From NCBI GenBank assembly GCA_046758445.1, contig JBHIAE010000037.1:1-27458 (forward strand): DNA of 27,458 nt. The letters run 5' to 3'. Source of the DNA: Candidatus Thorarchaeota archaeon (lineage in GTDB: Archaea; Asgardarchaeota; Thorarchaeia; Thorarchaeales; Thorarchaeaceae). The position numbers were made by a program, and so were the translations under genes. Below, piece by piece: positions 8,927 through 17,463 of the stretch (position 1 is its first letter; each line of letters opens with the position of its first letter). A model generated the notes under the pieces. It saw only the letters and a program-made list of their open reading frames with translations. It ran no database searches and was not told where the DNA came from.

Positions 8927-10957
8927 GTGAGAAACCTGGTGGTGAAGGTAGTGAGGTCCGCCTACGCAATGCCCCTGATCATGATGCTGCTCTTCATGAG
9001 TTTCGCTCCTGGTGCTTCAGAGGTCCTCCCTTTGCATCTTCAGAACGCCCACGAAACACAGGACAAAGAATTGACTCTCGGTCAGTCAGGACTCGAGGAC
9101 TACGAAGAGTTCTCCAAGGGGAACTTCACCGGAGTGGAGATGTCGAATATCAGCCTGTCTGTCATTCTGGATGACGTACGCTCAACCGTTGAAGGGAACT
9201 TGACGTTAGACTACTACAATGGTGACTCCGTCCCTTTCTCAACCATACCCTTTCATCTCTATCCTGTTGGGATGAGATACACAGACAGGCAGGGAGGAAT
9301 TCAGATTCTGAGCGTGACCACGACTGGACCATCACCAGTTGTGTTGTCGCACAACATAGAACCGCATGGCCAGATCATGTGGGTGGACCTCCCAGCACCG
9401 CTTGTACCAGGGAACAGGGTCTCTTTCCAGATACTGTTCCTAACCACACTGCCGGATGAATTGGACCGGGCAAACTCGTTCGGCTTTGACTCAATTCAGT
9501 CAAGGATCTACACATTCTCCAGCTCTTATCCTATGCCCTGCGTCTACGATGAGGCAGATGGTTGGAATACAGATCTCTATGTCGACTATGGTGATCCCTT
9601 CTACCACGACATGGCATTCTACGACTTCTTCATTGAGGCGCCGGATGACATAGTCGTTGCTGCAACGGGCGAACTGATTGACAGTCAGAGTGATGGTGTG
9701 AACACCACCTATCATTACAACGCGGGTCTGCCCGTGCGAGAAGTGACCTTCTCAGCATCAAGATACTACGAGGTAGACTCCATCATAGTGAGTGGCGTCA
9801 ATATCACAAGCTACTTCTTGCCCAACTCTCGACCAGAATGGGAGAATGACTTTGTGCAGTGGGCCAATCTGACCCTGATATTGCTCAACGACACTTACGG
9901 AATCTATCCCTATACAACCCTAAACGTAGTAGAGCAGCATGGATTCTATGGCGGAATGGAGTACCCGTGCCAAGTCTATGTGACGAATCTGGCCCTTCAG
10001 TTGCTGAGAAACGGAGAACGTCCCCCATGGTACCTCAGGCTACTGGTTGTTCACGAGGTGGCTCATGAGTGGTGGTCCCAACTCGTGGGCACAGACGCAA
10101 TTGACTGGGGGTACATTGACGAGGGACTCACGTGCTGGTCTCACTCATACTATGGAGAGGTGTATCACGGAAACTGGGAGTACTTCCAGTATTATCGTTA
10201 TACCGACACGACAAGAACGTTCTATCACACAAACGGAATCGACACTGCTCTAAACCTGTCGAACTATGACAGGACAGAACTTGTCGGTTATGTTGACTAC
10301 ACGAAGACACCATTGATCCTGGAGAAGCTTCGATTGGAAATCGGTCACGACGACTTCATTGCGGGACTAAGCCATTTCTTCAAGAAGAGCTATTTCAAGT
10401 TCGGTACTCTTCGAGGCCTTCAAGAGTCCCTAGAACTGGTTGTGGGAAGGTCTCTGGACTGGTTCTTCTTGCCATACTTCGATAATCCTCGTCTGCCAGA
10501 CTATACCTTCACAAGTGCGGTCTACGACTCCAGCGACTCCACTCTGACTGCGACGATCGAGGATGCAAACGAAGATGTGAACCCATATCAGTACTCACAA
10601 AGAGTGAGAATCGAAGTCTTGGGCTCTGTGTATCTGCCTCCTAGGAACGACCTTGACTTGGACGCCGTTCCTGTACGTATCTCTGGACTGAATCTCACTG
10701 AAGAAAGAGTCTGGATAAACGGCACAACTACTCTGACCTATGCGCTGTCAGGTGTTCCCGATGAGGTCAGATTAATCTATGAGGACTATCTCATGGTCGA
10801 ACTGGCAGACTTAGACACTGAGTATCTGGTAACGCAAGGCATCCAAGTGTTGAGAAGAATCGACATTGTCCTTCTATATGATGGAGCCCTTGCGCTTGTG
10901 ATTGTTGTCATAGCGTATGTTGCTATCCAAGACTTCCGCCGGCGCCGAAAGACCTGA
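8927..10957 (+). CDS. Secreted, C-terminally membrane-anchored M1 family (gluzincin) aminopeptidase
   Basis: GGMEYP (GxMEN-like) exopeptidase motif, HEVAHEW...IDEGL (HExxH-x18-E zinc site), downstream Tyr (VDYTK), signal peptide and C-terminal TM helix with RRRRK. Confidence 0.9.
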   Translation: MRNLVVKVVRSAYAMPLIMMLLFMSFAPGASEVLPLHLQNAHETQDKELTLGQSGLEDYEEFSKGNFTGVEMSNISLSVILDDVRSTVEGNLTLDYYNGDSVPFSTIPFHLYPVGMRYTDRQGGIQILSVTTTGPSPVVLSHNIEPHGQIMWVDLPAPLVPGNRVSFQILFLTTLPDELDRANSFGFDSIQSRIYTFSSSYPMPCVYDEADGWNTDLYVDYGDPFYHDMAFYDFFIEAPDDIVVAATGELIDSQSDGVNTTYHYNAGLPVREVTFSASRYYEVDSIIVSGVNITSYFLPNSRPEWENDFVQWANLTLILLNDTYGIYPYTTLNVVEQHGFYGGMEYPCQVYVTNLALQLLRNGERPPWYLRLLVVHEVAHEWWSQLVGTDAIDWGYIDEGLTCWSHSYYGEVYHGNWEYFQYYRYTDTTRTFYHTNGIDTALNLSNYDRTELVGYVDYTKTPLILEKLRLEIGHDDFIAGLSHFFKKSYFKFGTLRGLQESLELVVGRSLDWFFLPYFDNPRLPDYTFTSAVYDSSDSTLTATIEDANEDVNPYQYSQRVRIEVLGSVYLPPRNDLDLDAVPVRISGLNLTEERVWINGTTTLTYALSGVPDEVRLIYEDYLMVELADLDTEYLVTQGIQVLRRIDIVLLYDGALALVIVVIAYVAIQDFRRRRKT

Positions 10958-10991
10958 CTCGAAATAGCGCAATAGGATGCATGATCGGTTG

Positions 10992-11735
10992 TCAAGCTGA
11001 TTTCCCAACAGGACAGACAGCCATGCATCTTGAGCACTCGATATAGGAGTTGGGAGTAGGTCTAGGAGAGAGTTTCTTCTCCATCTCTCTTACATGCGGC
11101 GGGACATCATCCGTGCAGGGACTCTCCAAGGAGTAGACCATGCAGTGCTCAATATTCAGTCTATAGGGTTCAAGGGCCTTTGTGGGACAGGCAGTCAAAC
11201 ACCTCCTACAGTCACCGCATAGATCCGTCTCAAAGGGCTCGTCTATCTCCAATTCAGCATCAGTGAGTACGCCGACCAGACCTATTCTCGGCCCAAGTGT
11301 CGGAGTGACCAGGAGTGTATTCTTGCCTTGACTGCCTAGACCACACTTGACCGCAGCTGTCTTCAAGGGGATATTGAGAGTCGCCGTCGCCTCGTAGCCT
11401 CTTCTCCTAAGAAAGTCCACAATCTCCCAGGCCTTGTTCTTCATTATCACAGAGCCAAAGAAGTAGCTATCGAACTTCTCGTCAGGAGAATGGAGACCGT
11501 AGCCACGCCATTCAGGTGCGTCCAGTGTCATATGGAATGCGTCGTCCCAGACATGGAACACGTTGACTATTACAGACTTGACCGTCGGGAGCTCATCTGA
11601 TGGTCTGACTAGCTCTTTGATCTTGCGCACAGGCCCATAGGGCAAGTCGTGCAACATGCTTGGGTTCGATATCCCAGCTGCCACAAACCCGACTTCAAGT
11701 GCCTTCTGTTTCACTTCTTGTGTGAGAGATTTCAT
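10992..11735 (-). CDS. Epoxyqueuosine reductase (QueG)/reductive-dehalogenase-like 4Fe-4S protein
   Basis: 'KTAAVKCGLGSQGKNTLLVTPTLGPRI', CGDCRRCLTACP and C...CSRCMAVCPVG motifs. The start was moved from 11840 to ATG 11735 (MKSLTQEVKQKALEVGF) because a GGAGA RBS precedes it and this is the typical N-terminus. Confidence 0.8.
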   Translation of the reverse strand: MKSLTQEVKQKALEVGFVAAGISNPSMLHDLPYGPVRKIKELVRPSDELPTVKSVIVNVFHVWDDAFHMTLDAPEWRGYGLHSPDEKFDSYFFGSVIMKNKAWEIVDFLRRRGYEATATLNIPLKTAAVKCGLGSQGKNTLLVTPTLGPRIGLVGVLTDAELEIDEPFETDLCGDCRRCLTACPTKALEPYRLNIEHCMVYSLESPCTDDVPPHVREMEKKLSPRPTPNSYIECSRCMAVCPVGKSA

Positions 11736-11926
11736 CCCAAGATCTCCGTTTTTCATCATTGGTTTAGTAGAGGGCTTGTGATTTGGCTCTACAGCCGTCA
11801 TACGTCGGTTGTCTAGATCTCTGCATCTCGACAGTGTCACAGAATTTGACCATTAGATTCTGGCTTTGAACATCACATTAATACAATCGGTTTCCAAGTG
11901 TATCGAACTAATAGAAGGGAGATGAC

Positions 11927-13195
11927 ATGCGAAGGAAAGTCCTCCGGAATCGTATCCACGCAGTTCCCGTAGTAGTTTTGATTCTAATGTTACCGCTGGT
12001 TGGATTTGGAAGTGGTGAAGGATTATTGATTCAGGGATTCACCCATTCCTCTGAGAGGGGTGTTCCTGCTAGTGCGATGTCGAGGGACTATTGGCCGACA
12101 ACAGGATGGAGAGAGTCAACCCCGTATCTGCAGGGCATGAGTGAGGTAAGGCTCAACTCCATGTCTGACTACATCGCGGCCGAGGACTACAGCATAAACA
12201 GCATGGTGATAGTTCGACACGGATACATCGTTCTGGAAGAATATCTGAACCCGCAATACGATATGACCACCCGCTTCCAGATCTACTCCTGCACGAAGAG
12301 CTTCATCTCGGCGCTCGTTGGGGCGGCAATCGAAGAGGGCCTCATTGCAGGCGTCGACCAGAAGGTCGTCAGCTTCTTCCCAAACAGGACATTTGACAAC
12401 ATGGACTCAAGAAAGGAGAACATCACGCTTGGAGACCTGTTGACGATGACTCCCGGCCTCGAATGGCATGAGCTCGATATCTCTTACTCCAATGGCAGCA
12501 ACAGTTTCAACCTCATGTACAATTCTCCGGATTGGGTTCAGTATATACTCGACAGGCCTGTAGTACAGGAACCTGGTGAAGTATGGAACTACAACTCAGG
12601 CGCATCTCACATTTTGTCAGTTATTCTACAGAACCTCAGTAGTGGCTCCCCAGGGGAGTATCTTGACTGGGTCATATCAAACATCTACGATCCGCTTGGA
12701 ATCGGCCACCTCACTTGGTATGATGATCCTCAGGGCAACTACTTTGGTGGGAGTGGGATGCAGCTTACACCGCGCGAGATGGCGAAGTTTGGGTATCTCT
12801 TCCTCAACAATGGCACTTGGGATGGTGAACAGATCCTCTCTGAGGAGTGGATAGAGGTGTCCACCAGAAGCCACGCGCAACTCTCTGGCACCACTCACTA
12901 CGGGTATCAGTGGTGGGTCTACCCAGGCATAGGAATGTATGCCGCGCACGGGTACAGAGGACAGAACATCATAATCGTCCCTGAACATGACATAGTAGTG
13001 GTCTTCACATCAAGCCTAGCGGAAGACCAGTGGCCGTTTCCTTACATGGTATCTGAATACATAATCCCTTCAGCGCTAGACGGCCCAGTCTCGGCATCGC
13101 CACCCATATTGCCGTATCTGCTCGGGGGGGTAGGTGTGATTGGAGTAGTTGCAGTCGTTGCCGTGGTTGCACGTAGCCGACTCAGAAGTGGCTAG
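11927..13195 (+). CDS. Beta-lactamase-related serine hydrolase, secreted and C-terminally anchored
   Basis: S-x-x-K (YSCTKS), 'LLTMTPG', 'PGEVWNYNS', 'MAKFGYLFLNNGTWDGEQIL' and AHGYRGQ, plus N-terminal and C-terminal hydrophobic segments. Confidence 0.9.
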   Translation: MRRKVLRNRIHAVPVVVLILMLPLVGFGSGEGLLIQGFTHSSERGVPASAMSRDYWPTTGWRESTPYLQGMSEVRLNSMSDYIAAEDYSINSMVIVRHGYIVLEEYLNPQYDMTTRFQIYSCTKSFISALVGAAIEEGLIAGVDQKVVSFFPNRTFDNMDSRKENITLGDLLTMTPGLEWHELDISYSNGSNSFNLMYNSPDWVQYILDRPVVQEPGEVWNYNSGASHILSVILQNLSSGSPGEYLDWVISNIYDPLGIGHLTWYDDPQGNYFGGSGMQLTPREMAKFGYLFLNNGTWDGEQILSEEWIEVSTRSHAQLSGTTHYGYQWWVYPGIGMYAAHGYRGQNIIIVPEHDIVVVFTSSLAEDQWPFPYMVSEYIIPSALDGPVSASPPILPYLLGGVGVIGVVAVVAVVARSRLRSG

Positions 13196-13225
13196 AGATT
13201 CTGACCCCTTACATCGCGCTACAAC

Positions 13226-13585
13226 TCATCCGAATCTATCCTGATACATGGGCTCAGACTCGGCTCTTGCTAAGCGCCGCGCAGTTCTATATTCAAGGAC
13301 AGTCATGTACACAAGACCCACAAGAACGAGAATCCCAAGCAGGAACAGTGGCAGTCCCGACGGCTCAATGGTCAATGTACCCTCCATTGTCGATTGCACA
13401 ATGGCCACAATTCCAAATACTGGAACGATGCCCTCGAGGCACGTCATCGCCAAGTAATGATGACGCATATCGGCTGCATTACACTCCTTCGAACAATACT
13501 TCTTGCGTCCGCTCGACCACCTGCTTAGCTCATTCTTCCCGCAGTAGTCACAACAGCGAGTTGATTCATGACCAGCATCTGCCAC
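13226..13585 (-). CDS. Small membrane protein with an N-terminal zinc finger (CxxC...YCSxxC) and 2 TM helices
   Basis: CCDYCG...KKYCSKEC followed by two hydrophobic segments. Confidence 0.65.
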   Translation of the reverse strand: MADAGHESTRCCDYCGKNELSRWSSGRKKYCSKECNAADMRHHYLAMTCLEGIVPVFGIVAIVQSTMEGTLTIEPSGLPLFLLGILVLVGLVYMTVLEYRTARRLARAESEPMYQDRFG

Positions 13586-13870
13586 GCCTAGTTACACGCC
13601 CCAGCCAAGTGCCAAACCAAATACAGGAAGAGGCCGCATAAGAGGTCTCTTCTCGAAGGCAATTGTCCTTTCTGACCTTTGACTGTTCATAAGTGGGAAC
13701 TAGTGGAGGTCGACTCCCCATGTGATCTCGTTCTGTCCCTCACGACGAAACTCTCTTTCTCGTTCTGACCCCACTCTCAAAGTCGACCTGAAGACGCGAC
13801 CACTTCAAACAACACGTTTTAAGAAGAACTGTAGAATGTTATATGGGGATGCAAGGGAAGGGGAAAGAAG

Positions 13871-14302
13871 ATGACAAAAGAGAAGACCCAGATGTGGGCG
13901 GGCCTTATAGGCTGGCTCGTCGTAGGTTGGCTGCTCACTCTCGCTGTTGCATTCATGTGGCTTCTGACAGACACAGTCACAGCAGTGGTACTTGCGCTTG
14001 GCATCGGACTAGGGATAGGCATCGCTTTCATCATCATGATAAACGAAACCTTGATTCTGGCTGCACTCCAAGCACTACGGAGTGCAGGAGAGAGTGTAGT
14101 GCGTATGCTAAGTCTACGCAAATATATGAGAGCCGTGCTGGCGGTATGGATTCTAGGGTTGTTCACGCTTGTTGTAGTAATGACGGTGTTCAACCAGCTT
14201 GATCTAGACAGGTTCAATGCGATTCTAGGAGTACTGGGTAGCTTCGTTGCGTCCGTGATTGCTTACTACTTCGCTGCAGGAAGAGGTGAACCCTCACCCT
14301 GA
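13871..14302 (+). CDS. Hypothetical 4-TM membrane protein
   Basis: Four hydrophobic helices and a purine-rich RBS region before the ATG. The last helix 'ILGVLGSFVASVIAYYFA' resembles small membrane proteins. Confidence 0.7.
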   Translation: MTKEKTQMWAGLIGWLVVGWLLTLAVAFMWLLTDTVTAVVLALGIGLGIGIAFIIMINETLILAALQALRSAGESVVRMLSLRKYMRAVLAVWILGLFTLVVVMTVFNQLDLDRFNAILGVLGSFVASVIAYYFAAGRGEPSP

Positions 14303-14397
14303 ATTGAAAATCGACACCCAAGTTGTTTCAGACCCGTCATGGTACGGCACAAGAATGAAATTGCATAGGCGACAGTTACAGTCGGGTCGATTGATTC

Positions 14398-15132
14398 ATG
14401 GGAACGCAGAGTGAGGACCCAGAGGAGTTCAACAGGTCGACTGCTGAGGCTTTTGCCGAGCTCTCGACTCCTTTGGTGGCCGACGCATGTGTAAGGTTAA
14501 AGGTGCCACTTCGAATCGCTCCGCCTGGCATTCGACCACTCGAGCCTGGAATGAAGATCGCTGGGAAGGCACTCCCAGTGAGGCACTACGGGAGCGTTGA
14601 CATCTTCCTTGAAGCAGTGCGCAGTTCCAACAAGGGGGACATCATGGTCATAGACAATGGGGGCAAAATGGACGAGGGGCCTGTTGGAGACCTCACTGTA
14701 CTCGAGATGAGAGCAGCGGGCATTTCTGGTGCAATTGTGTGGGGCGCACATAGAGATGGGCTAGAGCTCGACAAGATTGGCCTGCCGCTCTTCTCCTATG
14801 GCAGCTATCCTGCAGGACCCACAGTGCTTCGCGCTCGACCGACTGAAGCCTTGGAGTCTGCCCTGTTCGGAGAGGAATTGGTGACCCGGCAGGATGTGGT
14901 ATTCGGCGACAGCGACGGTGTGCTCTTCGTGGCCTCTGACAGAGTTTCCTATGTTCTTGAATCAGCGCATTCAATCATGGAAACCGAGCGCAGGCAAGTC
15001 CTGGCGATTCAGGAAGGGAAGACACTAAGCGAACAGCTGAGATTCGATGAATACCTCAAGAAGCGAGAACAGGATCCCTCCTATACTTTCCGACAACATC
15101 TCCGCTCAATCGGAGGAGCCATTGAGGAATAG
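14398..15132 (+). CDS. RraA family protein (HMG/CHA aldolase-like, MenG-like)
   Basis: 'STPLVADA', 'GDIMVIDNGG', 'VGDL', 'GAIVWGAHRD' and 'DVVFGDSDGVLFV' motifs. Confidence 0.88.
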   Translation: MGTQSEDPEEFNRSTAEAFAELSTPLVADACVRLKVPLRIAPPGIRPLEPGMKIAGKALPVRHYGSVDIFLEAVRSSNKGDIMVIDNGGKMDEGPVGDLTVLEMRAAGISGAIVWGAHRDGLELDKIGLPLFSYGSYPAGPTVLRARPTEALESALFGEELVTRQDVVFGDSDGVLFVASDRVSYVLESAHSIMETERRQVLAIQEGKTLSEQLRFDEYLKKREQDPSYTFRQHLRSIGGAIEE

Positions 15133-15334
15133 TTGCCTCACGATGGCCCCAATGGCTGTAGTATCGCCGCGCAAAACTCGACTGCACACCTAGGTTACTA
15201 CCCACAACTTCATCCCGACATTCTAGAACAGTGCGGTAATAGGGCTTATAGGAGCACACAATGACTGAGGTCCTGCAGTAAATCAAACTCGGCGAAACGA
15301 CAGCGAGTCAGGAGAGATCTGCAGGAGTTCAACA

Positions 15335-16006
15335 GTGCTGGGCCGCTATGAGCTAATGGTTACTTTTCTGGGGGCATGGCTCTTGTCGGCGATTATCTCT
15401 GCGATCCTGAAGAGGAGGAGCAGGGAAAGACTGCCTGCTGGTGCCATTCCCGCGGACACATTTCCGCCAGATTTCAAAGATCAACTCCCGGGAAGTGCTT
15501 GGTCAAGACTAGGGGTCACAGTCGGGATGGGCATGAACTCATTCCTCACACTTCTCATCTTCTTCGTCATCATTTTTGACCTCTGGGAGATTACTGCCAC
15601 GCTCATTGCATTCAATCTCACGTTGCCAGTGAACTGGGTCGGGATACTAGGAATCTGGATAACGTATGCTTGGGCAGTCGCAGTGATGTACTACAACGTC
15701 AACTATATTCCAGTCACCAGACCTATGCAAGGAGAAAGAGCTCTCTACACGTCTGATCGAGAAGAATATGCCCTGGCAACAGGAGGGCCGTACAGGTGGG
15801 TTCGCCATCCCATGTACGTGAGCAAGATGTTCTTTGGTCTGTTTCTCTTCCTGGCTACGGGCATATGGCTCACAGTTATCACACTAGTCGCCGCTGCATC
15901 CGTTCCAGCTCAAGTAAGGGGAGAAGAGGAAATGCTTCACGAGCTATTTGGTGATGTCTACGATGACTATGCTGCGAGAACGGGTAGATTCTTTCCTAAG
16001 GTCTGA
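15335..16006 (+). CDS. Isoprenylcysteine carboxyl methyltransferase (ICMT/PEMT) family membrane protein
   Basis: 'LATGGPYRWVRHPMY' and 'EEEML...FGDVYDDYAARTGRFFP' signatures, multiple TM helices and an AGGAG RBS. Confidence 0.85.
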   Translation: MLGRYELMVTFLGAWLLSAIISAILKRRSRERLPAGAIPADTFPPDFKDQLPGSAWSRLGVTVGMGMNSFLTLLIFFVIIFDLWEITATLIAFNLTLPVNWVGILGIWITYAWAVAVMYYNVNYIPVTRPMQGERALYTSDREEYALATGGPYRWVRHPMYVSKMFFGLFLFLATGIWLTVITLVAAASVPAQVRGEEEMLHELFGDVYDDYAARTGRFFPKV

Positions 16007-16303
16007 CTTCTAGTAGGTTCTCAGCCCGTCATGACAACCAGAGAATCATGGACACAGAACGAACCCTCCTCTCCAACAGCAGGACTGACTGGCCAATCTT
16101 GCTCTGGAATCCAGAGGCTTGGAGGGATTTCAACTAGCTCTCTAACCTGCAACAATTCACGTATGTGCACTGGGTTCTCGACACAAAGAGGGAAAGCACT
16201 AGGAAGAGGCGCATTCAGGAAGTTGTCGAGCGTTCATCAAGAAACGAGAAGCCGGGAGAGTAGTCGGACCTAGCTTCCTAGAACGGAATCCGTCGTGCGA
16301 TGG

Positions 16304-16858
16304 CTATAATATCGCCGCGCAGTTCTTGCATCGCATGCTCACAGATGTATTGTTGAACCCGCAATACTCGCACTCCACAGTCTGACCAATTCGATGGAAT
16401 GCCCTCGTCGAAGTGGCATCAAGGTTCTTTAGATCAAAGACCTCATCAGACTTTGGATCATGCACTCTTATCGTGTAGACAGGGCTCTCGTTAACGTAGT
16501 GTGTCACCTTGGACGATATGAACTGTTCAAGCGGCCGTCCTGAAAAGTGCTCCAGAGGGACCTCTTTCATTAGGACGTCCCCTCTGGTCCTGACAATCCT
16601 GTCTGTGGTCAGGTAGTACCTGATTCTTCTCTCACGAAGGGCCGCTATCACTATGCTCACGAAGAGAATGAACAACAGAAAGAAGAGCGCCCCAACGAAG
16701 CCCCATCCGTAGAGATTGTACGACCCGACAAGAAGAACTGGCGAAGTCATGAAGAACAGGAAGCCGGAGACAATGATCTTACCGCTCATTCCGGCTCTTC
16801 TTGTCCAGACAATGCTCTCGCCGGGCTGTAGGCCTTCTCTTGGAGGATCAAAGCGCAA
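16304..16858 (-). CDS. Membrane protein with 2 TM helices, a bacterial PH-like domain and a C-terminal zinc ribbon
   Basis: 'LQPGESIVW' start, two TMs, 'YYLTTDRIV' (bPH-like) and CEYCG...CKNC. Confidence 0.75.
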   Translation of the reverse strand: MRFDPPREGLQPGESIVWTRRAGMSGKIIVSGFLFFMTSPVLLVGSYNLYGWGFVGALFFLLFILFVSIVIAALRERRIRYYLTTDRIVRTRGDVLMKEVPLEHFSGRPLEQFISSKVTHYVNESPVYTIRVHDPKSDEVFDLKNLDATSTRAFHRIGQTVECEYCGFNNTSVSMRCKNCAAIL

Positions 16859-16926
16859 CTGTTAACCTCACGAAAGAGGTGAGCATTTGCCAATTTTAGC
16901 ATTCTTCGTCTGAGTGCCACGTACTG

Positions 16927-17181
16927 TTATTCAGAACGCTTGTCTTGCGACATGATACACTTCAGGAATATGGCAAGCAGTATGAAGACAGGCAGCGTAA
17001 GCGAGAGTGTCAAGACGGGAAAGAACCCCGGCGGGAAGACTATTGCAAGGAGGGTCAGTATCTGAATAAGACCAAAGACTACGACCAAGACAATCAGACA
17101 TTGGACTTGGAGCTTCAGACTTTGAAGTTGATTCAACACTCCGCCTCTACCTGTTGTCCCTTCCGACCCTTCATCAGACAC
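16927..17181 (-). CDS. Small 2-TM hypothetical membrane protein
   Basis: 84-aa ORF with two hydrophobic helices and a GGAGG RBS upstream. Confidence 0.6.
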   Translation of the reverse strand: MSDEGSEGTTGRGGVLNQLQSLKLQVQCLIVLVVVFGLIQILTLLAIVFPPGFFPVLTLSLTLPVFILLAIFLKCIMSQDKRSE

Positions 17182-17300
17182 GAGTCATTCCCTCCAGCTA
17201 CGGACGTTCAGTAATCGCTATTCAATTCTTGCTCCCACACTCCTGCAGGGAAAGGCTTGGCGAAGAAGAGCGCAAGATCACCACTGATGAACAGAGCTGT

Positions 17301-17408
17301 CTAGCTTACGGAAGAGTTCCGAAGAATCTTGAAGGCCGTGACCTCCGCCCAGACCAAAGGAAAGGCCACTGCTAAACGCTGGAGCAAACCCGTAAATGCC
17401 TCTAGACT
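17301..17408 (-). pseudogene. 3' fragment of a DUF998-family membrane protein gene
   Basis: Not in the ORF track. Manual translation gives SLEAFTGLLQRLAVAFPLVWAEVTAFKILRNSSVS*, matching the 'GLxQR...W' last helix of DUF998 proteins. It has no start codon and an upstream in-frame TAA at 17418-17420. Confidence 0.7.
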
Positions 17409-17463
17409 CTCGCTTCCTTATCAAGGAGAGCCTACTGTCTGCTCCCATGCTAGCTAAAGAAGG

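Noticed and set aside
16031-16273. 80-aa intergenic ORF, and the ORFs at 8484-9174
   Set aside because: Ser/Arg/Gly-rich composition, no motifs, and partial overlap with real genes or promoters.
16304-16330. C-terminal CAAIL as a CaaX prenylation motif next to the ICMT-like gene
   Set aside because: The Cys is fifth from the end rather than fourth, and it belongs to the CxxC zinc ribbon.
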